Part shown: piece by piece, positions 1 to 14,185 of the stretch
How positions within the stretch are numbered: the stretch's first letter is position 1
Layout: each line of letters starts with the position of its first letter
Source: Amphiscolops sp. MND2022
Lineage: Eukaryota
Direction: 5' to 3'
Assembly (NCBI GenBank): GCA_964187785.1
Contig: OZ076409.1
Location: 9,860,001-9,924,000 of the forward strand
Length of the DNA: 64,000 bases
Made by a program: the position numbers and the translations under genes
Notes under the pieces: model-generated
The model's database searches: none
What the model was told of the DNA's origin: nothing
Seen by the model: only the letters and a program-made list of their open reading frames with translations

Positions 1-152
1 GCCGTCCCGATCGAGACAATTTCCTAGCTGGCAAACTCTCAAACTGGTTGAACGAATGTTTCTCAGAAATTGAGGAGAATTCGAGAAGAAAGTGTCAAAG
101 TACCGAAGTCAATGAACTTGACAGAAGCATAGAAAATCATCTTAGCTGTTGA
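1..152 (+). CDS. Possible 3' end of an upstream gene's last coding exon (RPDRDNFLAGKLSNWLNECF...HLSC*)
   Basis: Open frame from the window edge (codons from position 3) to TGA at 150-152, followed by AT-rich UTR-like sequence. No recognisable motif. Confidence 0.2.
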   Translation, partial: RPDRDNFLAGKLSNWLNECFSEIEENSRRKCQSTEVNELDRSIENHLSC

Positions 153-605
153 GTTTGTCACCAGACCATACAGTACCATCAACCGAGTGCAACCGCATTC
201 ATTTTAGCTGACAAAACATACAAAATTTGTCTTGTTTTTATTGTTTCTTACCAGACAACAATGTAAACATTGCAAAATCCCTACAAGTTCATAGCATTAT
301 TTGACTTCTGAGCGTCTAAGTTTCATCATCACCTTCTAGGTGTTTAACGTTTGTTGTTTCAAAACCATTACCAAAGCTTCGTTCTTCAGTTAGTTATTAC
401 TTATAATCCAAGATGGACATTATTAAAGAACCCATAACCAACTATTACCAAATTGGTGCTGAAATCGGAATGTGAGTTGCTTATCGAATTTCATTGAATT
501 TTTTTAAAAAAATTTCAAGTTTCAAAATTTTAGTCGTTTTCATGGAACTTTACTCCCATTTCCCTGCTTTCGTTTGAACCAGTCTAAAACCTAACTAAGA
601 ACGTC

Positions 606-1314
606 CCGGGTCGACCCTCCATGGATATCTTAGTAAGATCTTGGCAAGATCTTGGAAAAATCTTAGCTAAGATCTTGCCAAGATATTGGCAAGGATTGCA
701 AGATGTCATGGTAAGATCTTATCAAGAGAGCCATGTTTCCAAGAAAACTTTTATTGTAAAATCCTATTTGGAAAGAAAAAATCTGAAAGGAACTCAACAA
801 AAATCAACATTTCTGCAGATTTATATTGTTAGACATTAAAACTTCTGTTAGCAATGTATAAAATTTGTTTGAAGAGATATTTATTTAGGAAGGCTGGTTA
901 AATTGTTCTTTCAATTGCAAAACTGTCGCCAACAACGGCGTCAGAAAAGCCTTCAGCTGAATCATTACCCAAATTTCGGAACCCAGAATACGTTATCGAA
1001 ATTTTTCATGCATTTTTGCATGCAAAAGTTTTTCAGCAGGTTTAAGCATTTTGATTATGAAAACGAGTAGAAATAGTCGTTGTTGGGTGAAATGAGCCTT
1101 TAGATTGAGTCTCGGCTTGTACCGAAGGTATAGTGTTTTTTTATAAGCTTAAAATTTTGTCCATCGTTATAAGATACGATCTTGGAATAAGTATTATCTT
1201 AGTAAGATTTTAATAAAAATCTTTCCATGGGATCCATGGCTGCCAAGATGTAGTAAGAATTTGGCAAGATCTTGCCAAGACAGCCTAGATGCTAGTAAGA
1301 GGGTCAAACCGGGG
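606..1314. mobile_element. Non-autonomous TIR element with internal CTTGGCAAG/CTTGCCAAG repeats
   Basis: Left end cccgggtcgaccctc and right end gagggtcaaaccgggg are imperfect inverted repeats; 'agatcttggcaag' motifs recur near both ends. Confidence 0.6.
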
Positions 1315-2184
1315 TTTCTCAAGTAAGTTTCGAAGTTCATCCAATTAACGATTTCATTCAAACTACGTACATGTGCTACACAACGAATAATTCAAGTGTG
1401 GAGGTTTTATGGTATAGGTTTTATTTTCGAAACCAAAATGTCAGTAACTACATTTTTTGAAATATTCCGCGGCTTCATTGTTGAAAGTTGAATCGAAAAG
1501 CGAAAGAAAAAAATCGGGCAACTTTGGCTGCTTGTTTTGCCCAGCCCAAAAAACGTTTCGTAAAAAGATAAATTTGGACTTTTTACACTACAGACCAGAC
1601 TATCAGACTGGTGCAACTTCAATTCGTCGAACATTCAAATCGTCAGAAAATGGAAAGCTATTTAATGCGTCGAAAGAATTCCATATCAGCGATTATTTTC
1701 ATTTGGTTATATTTTGTGGCGATTAGCATATTTGTTGTATGGCTCTGTCGCTTCGCTCCTTTCTCCAAGTAGCAATATCGAGGCATGGCCATATGACACG
1801 TCGCTCCGATTCGCTTCGCTCCTGCATTTAGGGTACTAGGAGTAGGTGAACATAGCTGATTACGTTATAGTAATTTTGAATGCTCGAATTTGATTGGCCG
1901 AAATCAATTACGTCATACCATGCTCGATAAATTAATACGTGTTCGATAAATTGAATGTTCGACTAATTGAATGTTCGACGAATTGAACAGTCCCCTATCA
2001 GACTATGGTCAAGGAACACGTTTTTGAATCAACTTTAGATTTTTTTTTGCGAATTTGAATGCAAAAATTTTTAGCAGTTTTATGGGGTTTTCGAAGCGTA
2101 ATGTTTATCATGATTGAAGCTTTAAGTCTTTTGTGTTGTTTGCTCCTGTACTTCATTAAGTATATGTTCAGGAAAGTTCGGTCA

Positions 2185-2660
2185 TTTTTTAGTCGGCGCT
2201 TTTCTTAAGAAAAGAGCCGACTATAGTCATGGTTTTTCGTCATTGATTTTTTAAGATGCACCTAAAGTGACCAAAATAGGTCTTTCAAAAGTTCTACAAA
2301 ATTTTAAATTTCACCTGTTGGCCCAGGGAACAGAACCAAAAAGGTTTTTCCTTTTTTTCCGAGTAATATACAATACCTGGAGAGACTAAAAGATCTTTCA
2401 GTTTTTTCGGCATTGTGCGACTTTTTTTGGAAAAAATGTTTTTCCCAAAGGGTGTCCCTTCCATTTTTTTGGAGTTTTGCGACGGAATGAATGTTGAAAA
2501 ATCCCAAAGGGTCCTTCTTTCAATTTTTTTCGGCATTGTGAGATTTTTTAAAAATATTACCAAAGGGTCCCCGATTCACCAATACTTTGACACTTTGAAG
2601 ACCTTTTGCTATCTTTGAGCCATAGATATGGCGCCGACTTGGGCCGGTTCCGGATTGCTG
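2185..2660 (+). mobile_element. Helentron-associated (HINE/DINE-1-like) element, family A
   Basis: 5' T-run + AGTCGGCGC...GCCGACT hairpin. 3' end has GCGCCGACT (inverted subterminal repeat), a short ccgg-tt-ccgg hairpin and a T-run. Internal 'caaagggtccc' subrepeats. Confidence 0.7.
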
Positions 2661-2686
2661 TTTTTAGTTGGCAATTTCGTTAAAAA

Positions 2687-3010
2687 CCCTAGTTGAGACG
2701 GGAAAGTTTCTCATGCTGCAGGCCTGCATTCAAGGTAATTTTCCAAAAAAAACAAGAAAATTCCGTAGGGGTCCGGTGGTAAATCTTGTAGAATTACACT
2801 GCATTTTTTCCTAATTCTTTATCAAACCTGCAAAACTTCAAGACCTAAAATTGCCGCCAAAACTTGAAGCTCCGAAAGAGCTTGATGAAAATCGATTACA
2901 ACAGGGAATATCTTCGCATGAAAGTTTCAGTAAGAGTATTCGAAAATCGTATTAAATGTTGCTGGTAACATTAAAGTGCAGGTAAAAAGTTTAAGCAGTT
3001 TCAACAAGGG
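2687..3010 (+). mobile_element. MITE, CCCTAGTTGA-ended family
   Basis: Ends ccctagttgag...tttcaacaaggg. Homologous copies at 41696-42241 and ~61221-61740; fragments at ~20720-20857 and ending at 12420. Confidence 0.65.
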
Positions 3011-3669
3011 AAACGCAGCCTATAATGGTGTCATAAATTTAAAGTCATAACTTCACTTCAGTCCATATGCCACTTGGCCTGAGGGATAAGTGCGTGGCTG
3101 ATGAGCAGGTGTGTGTGGTATCGAATTCTGCTCTAAACCATTTTTTTATGTGTGCACAAATAACACGGAGTTCAAATTGTCCACCTCAGAGGTTTTTTCT
3201 TCACTGTGATTTTTGGCCAAAAACTATTTTTCTAATCAAAGTGTATACTATTCATGGTTTTGATGTTTTTGGTTTAAAAAGAAGCAAATTACGAGCGTAA
3301 ATGATGGTCTTCATTTGGGTTTTTTGGCCAAATGAAATTTTTCGAAAACTCAAAAATTCTTTTTAAATATTTGGATTTTAAACTGTTCCAGATAGGGATA
3401 AAACTGTTTTTCTGTATACTGAGTACTTCATCGGGTAAATTTTGGCAGTTAAGTAAAATTCACTAAAATTGTCCCCTTGAATAAATGAAACACAATACGC
3501 TTTTTATACCTTGAGCATGGTGCAGGTTTTGTTACTTTTTCCAAATCTTTATTCGAAAGGCAATGTATGGGGTGGTCTGGGGGCTAAGCAAGATTTTTAA
3601 TTGAATATATTCAATTCATATAATGATAGTATAGTATTGATACTAAAATATTCACTATAGTTGTTTTTT

Positions 3670-4950
3670 AGGCTCGAGCGAAGCAAGGTGTCTCAATGCG
3701 ACATTTTTTTGGTATTTTTGCGGCATTCGTTGCATTTGTCGTACTCCATCTTCGAAGATCCGTTTCTCCGAATCTATTTGAGGTATCGTTCTGTTGTTTG
3801 GTTACAGAACTCGGCAAGACTGTAGAATTTTTAAAACTTGGCATTTTTACAAAACTGCTATGACATTGCGCGAAGCTCAGCCTATAAATGGGACTGATTT
3901 TGAGGCGTTTCGAGATTCGTAAGTTTAGTAAAAGCGGCTGGAAAGACTGATTGTAACGTGTTTTGTTAAGTGATGGTTTATGCGTTTCAGTCAGGCGAGA
4001 AGATTTGCGATGCACCGCACTTAGAATGATAGAATAGTACCTCTTACGTAGAAAACATGTAAACATAGTAATTGAAGGTAATTGAGCAGTTCTCTCGACG
4101 TTAGACAAATCTTCGAAGACCTAGCGCAGTGTAGATTTTCCTACAAGTTCGGGAATTTGGTTGAAGTGGGACCAAAATAACTTTTTGTTAGACGTCGGTG
4201 GTCAACACCACAAAAACAACTACGCCTACGTAACCGGTTAGGCCAAAACGACACTCGAAAATGTTCAAATCTTTGCAGTTTTACCCTTGCTGTTATGTTT
4301 GTCCAATCCTCTGAAGTCTTTTTTCTTGTAAATTTTAGTTTCCTGGTATTGATGGCATTCAATCAATACTTTTGATTGTATGATAAAATCAAAGTAGCTT
4401 TCAGCCTTAATGGTTTTCGGGACGAAAGTTGCTTTTACAAAACCGTTTTTTGACATGTTTTAGTTTATGGAACTTGTTTCTAGATTTTTATTACACGTGA
4501 CACTGCGCAGCAACGTTTGAAGATCTTTGCAGCAACTTTCAGGGGATTTTTTTGCGCTGCAGTTTTGCTGTTCATATTTTCGACGACGATCCTATTTTAC
4601 AGTTAGACGTTTTTCTCTAGAAAATCCGCCACTCTGCTGAATCTTTGTTGATGCCTTTGTTTTCTAAGGGGACGTTTTTCTGCGTACATCCCTAGCAGCA
4701 GTTCAATAAAACGCCAGTGGGGTACTTTGGAAAGCGAAATAGTTTTAGAGTCTACGCGCAACTGATCTTTCACATTGATAGCAAGCTTTGCAACCAATCA
4801 ACATGATTCAAAGCGCACTGGTGTTCTCAAGTATCCTATAGTCATCCTGCAGGAAGGTATTTTCGAAAAAGATTAGATCATGACTCTGGTGTATAGGCAA
4901 AAACTTCCTGAATTGTATGGAAGTCGCCTCATTGAAAAATTTGATCCGTT
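3670..4950 (-). mobile_element. Heavily decayed LINE-like coding remnant (possible endonuclease region)
   Basis: Broken minus-strand frames with a 'GVDHRRL' (SDH-like) motif, adjacent to an RT remnant. Weak evidence. Confidence 0.25.
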
Positions 4951-5024
4951 TCAGCTGCAGGAAATCATCGCTGGGACAACTTTCGGTTGTTTTTGAATCA
5001 CTTAAATTTGCGGCTCGAATAAAA

Positions 5025-6228
5025 CTTGGTCGTCGAGTGTTCCAGTGTATTCACCCATCAGCATCGTCGTATCCATCATCAATGTAGAGGTCATCAGAGC
5101 ACTGTTTGCCACCTCTCCGCCAGTCTGACAGCGTCATCTGTTGCTCTCATCAGATCTCCGGTATGCAATCCACTTCCTTTGACTATGTGTGACGTTATCT
5201 GAACTTGTCAGCATTGACATAAGTCGTCTACGCTTACACCCCATTTTTTGACGTTGTATTTTTGTCTTCCATTGAGCGCTCTCAATCTATTGATTTCCAC
5301 GTGCTCTACTTCAGGTTTCCACCACTTTTAGGTGGCAGTTCCTCACGATGGCCAGTGGGATGGTTCTTTGTCCGCTCTCTCGTTTTCCAGAAACGCTGCT
5401 TGTACTGTTCTGCTGTTATATCAAGGACGCTTGTTTTGCATAGGAAGCTGTACCTCTGTTTCTTTTTCTCCTGTACTAGAGAGCTCTTCCGGCGAATCAT
5501 TGGCGGGGCTATTCCTTCCAGATTGTACACTGTTTCTATTGGTGCTCCTGAGACAGCCAGTGACCTTCCTGGATGTCTCATTTAGGGCGATGTCGACTTT
5601 TTTACCGTGAGCACTGTCTAACCACACATGGCATGTGTAGTAGCCAACTGAGAAACAAAATGCAAGCGCTGTTGTTCGCATTACATGTGGGTTTGCTCCC
5701 CATGTGGTGGCAGTGAGCCTGGAGAGTAGGTTATTGCGTGTTCGAATTTTTGCTGCGGTGTTTAAGCAGTGCTGCTTGAAACAACGTTCTTTCGAATGGG
5801 ACGCCTAGGTATTTAGGCCCTTCGTCATGCTCGATTTTCACACCATTCCAGTTCAGGTCCAATGTTTCTTTGCTTTCACGGTTATTCAGATGAAACATGC
5901 AGCTAACTTTTTCCGGGATTGGCTTTCAGCTTTTTGGTAGCATAATAACTACTCAATTCCTCGAAGCACTTCTGTAGTCTAGCTTCGACATCTGTTTTCG
6001 TGCGCCCCGTTGCCAAACTGGCCCGGTCATCCGCGTATATGATGCTTTTAGTGGGTTCCTACAGTGGTTGATCGTTGGTGTAGATGTTGAACATTAGAGG
6101 GGCCAGTACACCCCCTTGTAATCCGTTCTTGGCGTTGCGCAATCGGCTTTTGCGTAGCCCCATCTGCACAAAGGCGTGTATTCACTGGAAAGGCTATTCA
6201 GATCAGACAACTTGTCGTAGCCAGCATT
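5025..6228 (-). mobile_element. 5'-truncated, decayed Ingi/Vingi-like LINE (RT C-terminal half)
   Basis: Minus-strand translation gives KNGLQGGVLAPLMFNIYTNDQP, IIYADD, YLGV, WGANPHVMRTTALAFCFSV...SAHGKKVDIALNET and GIAPPMIRR, interrupted by frameshifts. Confidence 0.8.
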
Positions 6229-6623
6229 TACAGTATTTTGCAATATCTCGCTACGCATGTTGAGTTCGGAAACTGGATTTCAAACTGTATAAGTTCTGGA
6301 TACTTAATCTCAATATAGAATAACAAAATTTGGCTCTTTTCTGCTTTCCACCCTTCAAATTGTTTCAAACTGGTCTGGTCAGAAATATTCTTCCAAAAAG
6401 TAACGTCTACTGAAATAGTTTTTCGTTTGAACAAAACATTTTTCACACAGTTTGACTGTGATTATGTTCGAATTGGTGTTTTTGACTCAAAACAGGAAGA
6501 TGTTGATATCCTGATCAAAAATAATGAGTGACAACATAGTTTGTACAAAAATTGTATTTGGATCCTAAAATGCCATGATGAAAATAAAGTTAAAATTGAA
6601 GGTTTTGTGTGCGCTTTTCAGTC

Positions 6624-7175
6624 TTTTTAGTCGGCGCACTTTAGTAGAAAATGTGCCCGACTATTACAGTGGGTAGTTTTTTTTAGACACGAAAGGTCCA
6701 CTTTTTTGTTCATTTGTTCAACAACGTCAAACCTCAACAACTTCAAACCTCAACAACTCCAACCTCAGAAGCGCGTCCAAAACGAAAAGAAAAAACAAAA
6801 CAGACGTCCAGAACCTCGAGAACACACTAGGAATCCCCACATAACCCCATTTTTTTCGGCACTATGCGACTTTTTTTGAAACTTTTTGGATTGCACCAAA
6901 GGGTCCCCCTTCGTTTGTTTCGATATTTTGCAACACAATGGATGTCAAAAAATTGCAAAGGGTCCCCCCTTTTACATTTTTTTCACTGTGACACTGTTCA
7001 AAAATCTCATTTTAAAAAATTCTTTGGGAAATTTTTTCATGTCCCCAAAGGGTCCCCCCTTCATGTTTTTTTCATTTTTTGCAACCAGCTGGAGTTTCAC
7101 AAAGCCCGAAGTGTCCTCCTTTTTCAATTTTGAGCCTTAGATATGGCGCCGACTTTGGCCGTTCTCGGCTCGTTT
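6624..7175 (+). mobile_element. HINE-like element, family A
   Basis: Same ends as the 2185 copy: tttttAGTCGGCGC...ccgactat and gagccttagatatgGCGCCGACTttgGCCGttctCGGC followed by a T-run. Confidence 0.7.
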
Positions 7176-7486
7176 TTTAATGTTTTCACGATTTTCCAAA
7201 TGAAAAGACTTTAGTGGTTGGGGGGGGGGGGGGGGGGAGGTTTGTTGCGGTGTTGCAGAAAAGAACCCAAAATTTCCCTCAGATTTTGCGGAGGCACCGA
7301 CTATCCTTTTCTGAAGTTAAGTAAGTTATAAGCAGAGAAATTGTATGTGGGCTTTTTGAAATACAAAACGTAACTGCCAAACGCCATACATAAATAAGTT
7401 TATGATCAATAAACGCAGTTTGTGGAGGAATAAGAACACTTTTTCAGTTTGGTTGCAAAATTCACCTTTGCTGTTGATTTGAATTA

Positions 7487-8330
7487 TTAGGAGCTGGACT
7501 GCTTATGCACTCGTTCTTATTCTCCCGACCTTTCAAAGGAAATTTCAAATTTGTCAAAAACTGTCCGATTTTAATAAAGTTTTGCAAAGTGATTCTACAC
7601 CCAAAGGTGCTCCTGTGTGCGCATTGGCATCAAATTCGTATGACTGGGATCTGAGAAACATAGCAAAAGTTAGTTCAAAAATGACCAAAAACGGCCATTT
7701 TCTCAAAAGCTGTCTGTACGATTCGATCGAAGTTTTTTACCTTATCTTTCTAGGCTCTTTTCTGTTTTCCCCCCACCACAAAATTTTTTTTGGAAAATTA
7801 GTGAAAATCTTATAACAAATAGACTTGAATACAAACCAGAAAGCTTCAATTTTAAATTTATTCTCAGGGTGATAGTTTAGGATTCAGATACAAACTTTGT
7901 TCACACTTTTTCAATATGTAGTCACGCATTTTTGATGAAGAAATCAACAGCTTCCTGTTTTAAGTCATAAATAGACACTTAATACGAACATAATCACAGT
8001 GAAAATGTGTGAACAATGTTTTGTTCAAACGGAAAACTACTCTAATACAAGTTAACTTCCCGTTATGAAAGAAGGTTTTACTTTTAATTAGGCTAGTCTA
8101 AAGTTTTTAAGGAAAGTTAATTTCAAAATTTTTGGTGGTGGGGGGGAAAACAGAAAAGAGCCTCTTTCTATACCATAGTAGGGTCCTATATGTGCAATGA
8201 CATCAAAATCGTATGACTGGCATCTAAGAAACAGTCAAAATAGACCAAATGACAACAAAGGAGTTACATTGTTTTTCAATATTTTCATTCTTTTGCGACG
8301 CCTTTTCCGCACGTGAGACTCTGGTTCGTG
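7487..8330 (+). mobile_element. HINE-like family B copy (degenerate), interrupted by a MITE
   Basis: Shares aaaaactgtcc...atcaaaatcgtatgactgg blocks with 27371-27800. Degenerate 3' end ccgcacgtgagactctgg. Confidence 0.5.
7753..8162. mobile_element. 410-bp MITE with GGCTCTTTTCTGTTTTCCCCCC TIRs and 8-bp TSD
   Basis: TIRs visible. TCTTTCTA is duplicated at 7745-7752 and 8163-8170. Second full copy at 26564-26966. Confidence 0.9.
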
Positions 8331-10404
8331 CTCGATTCTTAAACGGGCAATTCTTTGAAAGTTTTCTTCATATATTCACACCATGAATTCTCATGAACAA
8401 TCCGGTTAAGCGAACAATGAACTTTCAGTACATTGATGATACTTCACACGTTGAATTTGTTTATTTTCATTATGGGATAAGTGCATACTTTATTCAATTC
8501 ACGCCTGAGTACTTTCGATTGTAATTTTTCTTTTCCACTCAAAATGACGTCATAAGTCGTCATAGCAAAATGTTTCCAATTGTCAGTGTCTTACTCATGC
8601 AGAAGTGGCACCTAGCTGGGTGTGTCGAGTTTCGGGCCATGTCAAAAACTGGGTTTGCCCCATTTTTGTGATCATGCCAGTATCCTGTTCTTCTAAACTG
8701 ACTTCCAAAATTACATTTTGTTAGATTCTAATTAATGATTTATTATACTAGGTACCTTACCAGTTTCCCCAACCCTTGATTTTTACAGAACTGATTTGTA
8801 AACCGAGCAAAATTTATTGCAGATTATACAAACGGTATTTTTCGTTATGAAGTCACGCATTCTTGATTAGGGAATCAACAGCTTCCTGTTTTGAGTCACA
8901 AAAAACAAGTAATTAGTGAACAAAACAACGTTTTAAAATGTTGGCATGCGACTTCCGGTCAGTTCCAATCCTGAATTGCATTGGGTTGGAACAATTGCAG
9001 AAACTCATTTCCGCTGCACAAAGTAGAAATTAATGCAGATTCTCAAATTGAAAAATTCAAAAACTCAAGGGTACTATTTTGCTCAATTATTGAACAACTT
9101 CTATATACACGCAGTATAAACCTATTCCAATGGAATCATTGACAACAGAATATCCGCAGACAATTTCTAGTCGGGAAATCTTTCTAGAGACAAGTTTAGG
9201 TTCTTAGTATCCTAAATTTTACACTCTTTTTGGCCTTCAAAGGGTAGTTGAATTGACTGGGCAAAATTAAGATCATGTCATCTGATAATCTGCAAACTCA
9301 GTTTTTACACAGCGCTTTGTTTCTTGGCCAAGCCCCTTGGTTGATCAAAAATTAGTTCGTTTTTCCAAAGCAAAAACACATGTTGGACAAATTGTTTACA
9401 GCTGAAATTGTCATCATATTTTGCTAATGGGCAATTACAGGAAAAGTCAGAAAGTGGGCAAATAATAAACAGTGTCAATCTGACATTTCGGTTATGTGAA
9501 TTTGGTAACTTCAACAACGAAACTTCAGCAACTTTGAAAACAAAAAAGTTTATTAACAAAATATATATGCAAATACACATGTGAACAATTAACTTCGCCT
9601 ACGAATTCACACCCGCCATTTGCTAAACTTCTCGAGAGCGCACATTTCATAGACTCTTTGATTACACAAAATGCCATAAACATCCAAATATGAACGATGA
9701 AATGAGTCATAATAAAATTAGAACTAAAGAGTGTACGTACAAGTGACACTTAAACGCTCTTTGGTCATTGCGGAAAGCATAGTTCACGCCTTGCGACTGA
9801 TTCAGTGTCAAGACAATTTTCAAGTGTGAATTAAGTTTAAAACAAAGTTGTCATTTTTTAGATGAAAAATATCGACAAAAACTAATTTTATTACATAAAA
9901 GTTTGAAAAGATGAAACTATACCATTTCTAATTCTATTTCATTAAACCGAAATATCAATTTCTTTTTGGTTCAAAACAATTTCATATGGTTGAAATCCAA
10001 TTTCGTTCATGTGAGATTTTTTCATTCCTATGAAAAACATTTTCATATCAACGAACTTCCGTTTCATTTGAGTGAACAAATTTCATTTTCATGCAACACG
10101 TTTTCATTCAAACTAATTTCATTTTCAATTACAGTTTCAAATCACACCTTCAGCATACATATCTCCCTCATTGAATCGGAAATTGCCAAATTTTTTATTA
10201 GTTTGACAATTTACTAAAATTTGGCAAGTTTTTAAATAATTTGGCACAAAATTAAAAGTCTGAAACAAATTATCGAAGTGCAAACTTGAACATTCAAAAT
10301 TCCAAATAATCTGACTGAAGCTCACAAAGAATTAAAAGTAATCGGAATTATCAAAATGTTCGAAATTGAAACTATATAAAAAATGTGAACAATTCCGATT
10401 TTAC

Positions 10405-10500
10405 CAAGCCGGGACCGGCCCAAGTCGGCGCCATATCTAAGGCTCGAAAATAGCAAAACGACTTCAAAGTGTCGAGTATTTCTTTTCAGAGCCCGAAAAA
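10405..10500 (-). mobile_element. HINE-like family A, 3'-end fragment
   Basis: aagccgggaccggcccaagtcggcgccatatctaaggctc is the reverse complement of the family 3' end. Confidence 0.6.
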
Positions 10501-13500
10501 ACCGAAAAGTTCAATAGTAGCTGTGGATCAGTTGAATATGTTGTTGAATTGAAACAAGAAAGAAAAAAGTGAATCGCATTGAAACATCTGGGTTTGAAAC
10601 ATCTGGGCTGGACATAAACATCTGGGTTAGAAACAGCAGCTTGCGGTGAGGAATGATCAAGTTGAAATAAACAGATGAGTGAACCTTCACGCCAAGGTTC
10701 TTGGATCCATAGGTTAAATTACATTGAGACACATAAATGCATTGTCTTGTGGGCAAATGCTAGATGGGGATGAAATGAAGAAAAAATCCTAAACTAATAG
10801 CACGTGGTCCGTGTGAAACAAACTTCAATGGCTCACCTAACTTTGAAAACTTTTCAAAAGGTAAAAGGCTAAAAACATTGCTAAAAAGCATTGGTCTTTT
10901 GACTTTTGATTAAAAGACACAAAGCTCAAACGTGCGGTTTTGGAAGAAACATTTGGTTGAAGTAAAATTTTTGAGCTGCTGGGCAGAAGGGAATTTGCAC
11001 CAAAACTTTGCACGCCTCACGTCTCTGATTGCATTTCAGCATGTTTCAAAACATTCTAGGGTCACTTTGACCCACTCTTGATACCAGTGGAATAAAGTGG
11101 CAACAAACGAAAACTGGAAAAACGGAAAATCTACGCTCAAAATTTTGATTTATTGGTCCCATTTTCTTCATTTTGGATACTATTCCGTGAAAAGGCGTGC
11201 AATGCTGTGTAATATTGTCTGGAAATCTAATTCAAGAAGTTTCTTTACCATAAGGTCTGCTGGTGCGTTTAACTTGCAGAATTTAACTGTTACGCAGTCG
11301 TAATGTGGTCCATTTTAGCTTTAACCAATTAGCAAATGAAAACGGATTCAGAACAATTAAATTGAAATTCTTCCAAATGAAAATTCTTTGCGCAACAATG
11401 AAATTGAAATGCACTCATTTTAAAATGTTTTGCGCAACAATGAAATGAACTATGATTTCTTTTCTTAAGCCTCCTCACAGAAACTTCTGAAAAACGTTCT
11501 CAGTGGAAAAATCTAAATTGGAGACTCAAAATAAACGCCAATAATTGTACAACAAAAGGTACAAGAAAAAAGAGAAATCACAAACGTCCAGAACTGACAC
11601 TACAACAGATAGCAAGGTTCCTTTGTACGGGTTGGACGCAGACTCCTGTAATTTTAGGAAAGACTCCAGGCGAAACTCCCTGAAACAAGCAGTGGTAAAG
11701 TTAATGGGCCAGCATTCACCTCACATAATTTGAAGGACTCAAAAAGTCAAAAATTGCGGAACTAGTATTTTGATGGTTTTCTAGTTTTGTATGTCCAAAC
11801 TCTGCAACAAAATATGATGCAAAAAATTTTCTTCGAAACTCCACAAAAAGAGTTTTAGGACCACACGATGACATATTTCACGAAAGCTTCTACCAGAACA
11901 CCATGTTCGAAGTCATTGCCAATCAGTTTTATGGAACAATTCTCAAAAACTTGGAACTTTAACCCAAAAAATTAAAAAGTACATTTCACAAAAGAAAAGC
12001 CGCAATGTATGACGGAAATAATAATACCTAGGTCGTAAAAACATGAATGGCTGCAAGCCCGTAGCGGAGATCAAAAAGTCCAAAACTGACACTAAAACAG
12101 AAAGTAATACGACTTTGTTTGCCACACTGGCACACGTAAAAATTTGTTTACATCATATATTAGCGTCAGTACACATAAAATTTGAGGTTTTGCCCGCAAA
12201 AACATTGAAAATTTCGCGGGGAGTTTTTCACGAACTTCCTTGCTGTTGCTGTGAAAACCCGCCAAATTGTATAGAAATCCTAATAAATACCTGAAGAAAT
12301 AGACTTGCATCAGGGAAATATATTAGCATTAATGATTTTCCATGAAACTCCCAATATCATGCTAAAAGTGTTTAGCAGCCTAAAAAATCATGCAAAAGTT
12401 TCTAGTAGTTTCAACTAGGGCTCATGTGAAATCGATTTGCATTCATATGAAAATGTTTTACGTTAATATGAAATCGATTTGCATTCATATGAAAATGTTT
12501 TTTTCATAATTATGAAATTGGTCTGGAAATGGTATAGTCGTCAATTACCACAAATATACCATATTTTCACGGAGAACTTTTTAATGAAATTTACTTTCAA
12601 AAAGTTTTGGTGGTGGGGGGTAAAACAGAAAAGAGCCTATCTCGTTAGTGAACTAAGTTCAACTTGATGAAGAATTTAGAATAATTTATTTTCGAATTCA
12701 GCTCATAGCACCTTCAAAGTCGTGATTTTTATCTTCTCTGGTTTCTAAATAAAAACGAATTTGATTTGTCCATGATCATTAAAGTTGGTTTGACAAAATT
12801 GAATCATCCTTTGCTGTTTCAATTTGATGGGAAAGGAAGATTAGATTGGATATGTCTACTTTTTTGCAAAGAAAGAATTTGACAATCCTTCTTCTTAAGT
12901 ATGAACACGCGTGTTTTTGACAATTTCAAATCTGTTCATGTCTTGTGAACACAGAAGAATTGTGAATTCCATCTAAACTTGTTGAAGTCTTCAAATCTCT
13001 TCGTGAACGAATCTGCTTGAAATAATAAACTGTGAAAGTTTTAAGGTCACGATTTCGTTGGCGACTTCAAAGTGTGAACAAAACGAAACATTCAAAATGT
13101 GGCCAGCGCTGTCCTCAAAAATTGTTGCTTTTAATTTTATATTCTCTAATTATATCATAAATTGAAAATTTAATTGTTTCTGACTTTTATCGCTTTCCTC
13201 TTTGATTAGAAAACCGAAAAGAAAACAACTTTCTTCAAGTGTGACTTCATGAATGTTGCAATGGGCAATGATAACAGACTCAGAAATGAAACGACCGAAT
13301 ATTTTGAAGGCTGATTTATTTGAATGACACCTCGTATCTTGAAAGATGATTCATGTTTGAGTGGCCGAAGTTCTTCATCGTAAAGATAAGTTGAGTGAAA
13401 GTAGTAGAAATATTCGTACCGTATCTTGGTTGATCGATCACTAGGTTGGTTTATGTCAGTCTAAGAAATGTTTTTGCTTTGATTCAAAGCTAACAGGGAA

Positions 13501-13989
13501 TGATTAACGCTTCAAGAATTTCCAAAAGATATATATAGATAGATGGTAATAACAATGGCGACTTTCGAAACTTTTCGAAACAGAAGAAACTATTTTCGGT
13601 AGGAAAGTTTACCACAATTAACATGGGTGAAATTTTCGACTATTTGTAGTTTTAAACAGCTCTGCAAAATTTGCTGAAGTGACTATCAACATTTTTGAAT
13701 GCAAAAATTTGTGACATGTTCCTGCCTTTCCACTATTAACCGTCAGGTGCTTTTGATAGGTACGCACTTGCTTCTCTCGAAAAAAGCTCAGCAAAATTCT
13801 CGAAAATTTCTTTGTCAGAAAAAAATTTGAAAGTTTCGTAATTTTTTGTTCATGTTGAAATTGAAATATTTTATAAACTCATACTTCATTTGGTGAGTTG
13901 ACGTTCATTCTTTGGTGGTAGATTACAGAAAGCGGGAACGGTCCAAATGGGAGCTCATCTTGGGGCTGAAGAAAGCGACGAAAAGCAAA

Positions 13990-14185
13990 AAAAAGTAACG
14001 GTGAGCAATGAGACCTTTGTGACCTTGAGCAAGTCACTTTGAAACCACAGCTTCAAGTCCACCATTGCTGGACCATTTGGCTGCAAATATGGTACCATAG
14101 CTTGCTACGGGCGCCGACTTCGAAAAGCAGAATTGCTTATTCGGCGTCCATCCCGCGGAATTGGAGAAACTAACTTTCTTCTGGA
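13990..14185 (+). repeat. Dispersed repeat (family C)
   Basis: Similar to ~17800-17990 in the same orientation, and to ~26470-26560, 40689-40750 and 41140-41230 in inverted orientation. Confidence 0.55.

Noticed and set aside
10560..10645. Candidate first kinase exon ending ...AGCTTGCG|gtgagg
   Set aside because: The phase fits, but there is no in-frame Met before an upstream stop, no kinase-like sequence, and it adjoins a repeat.
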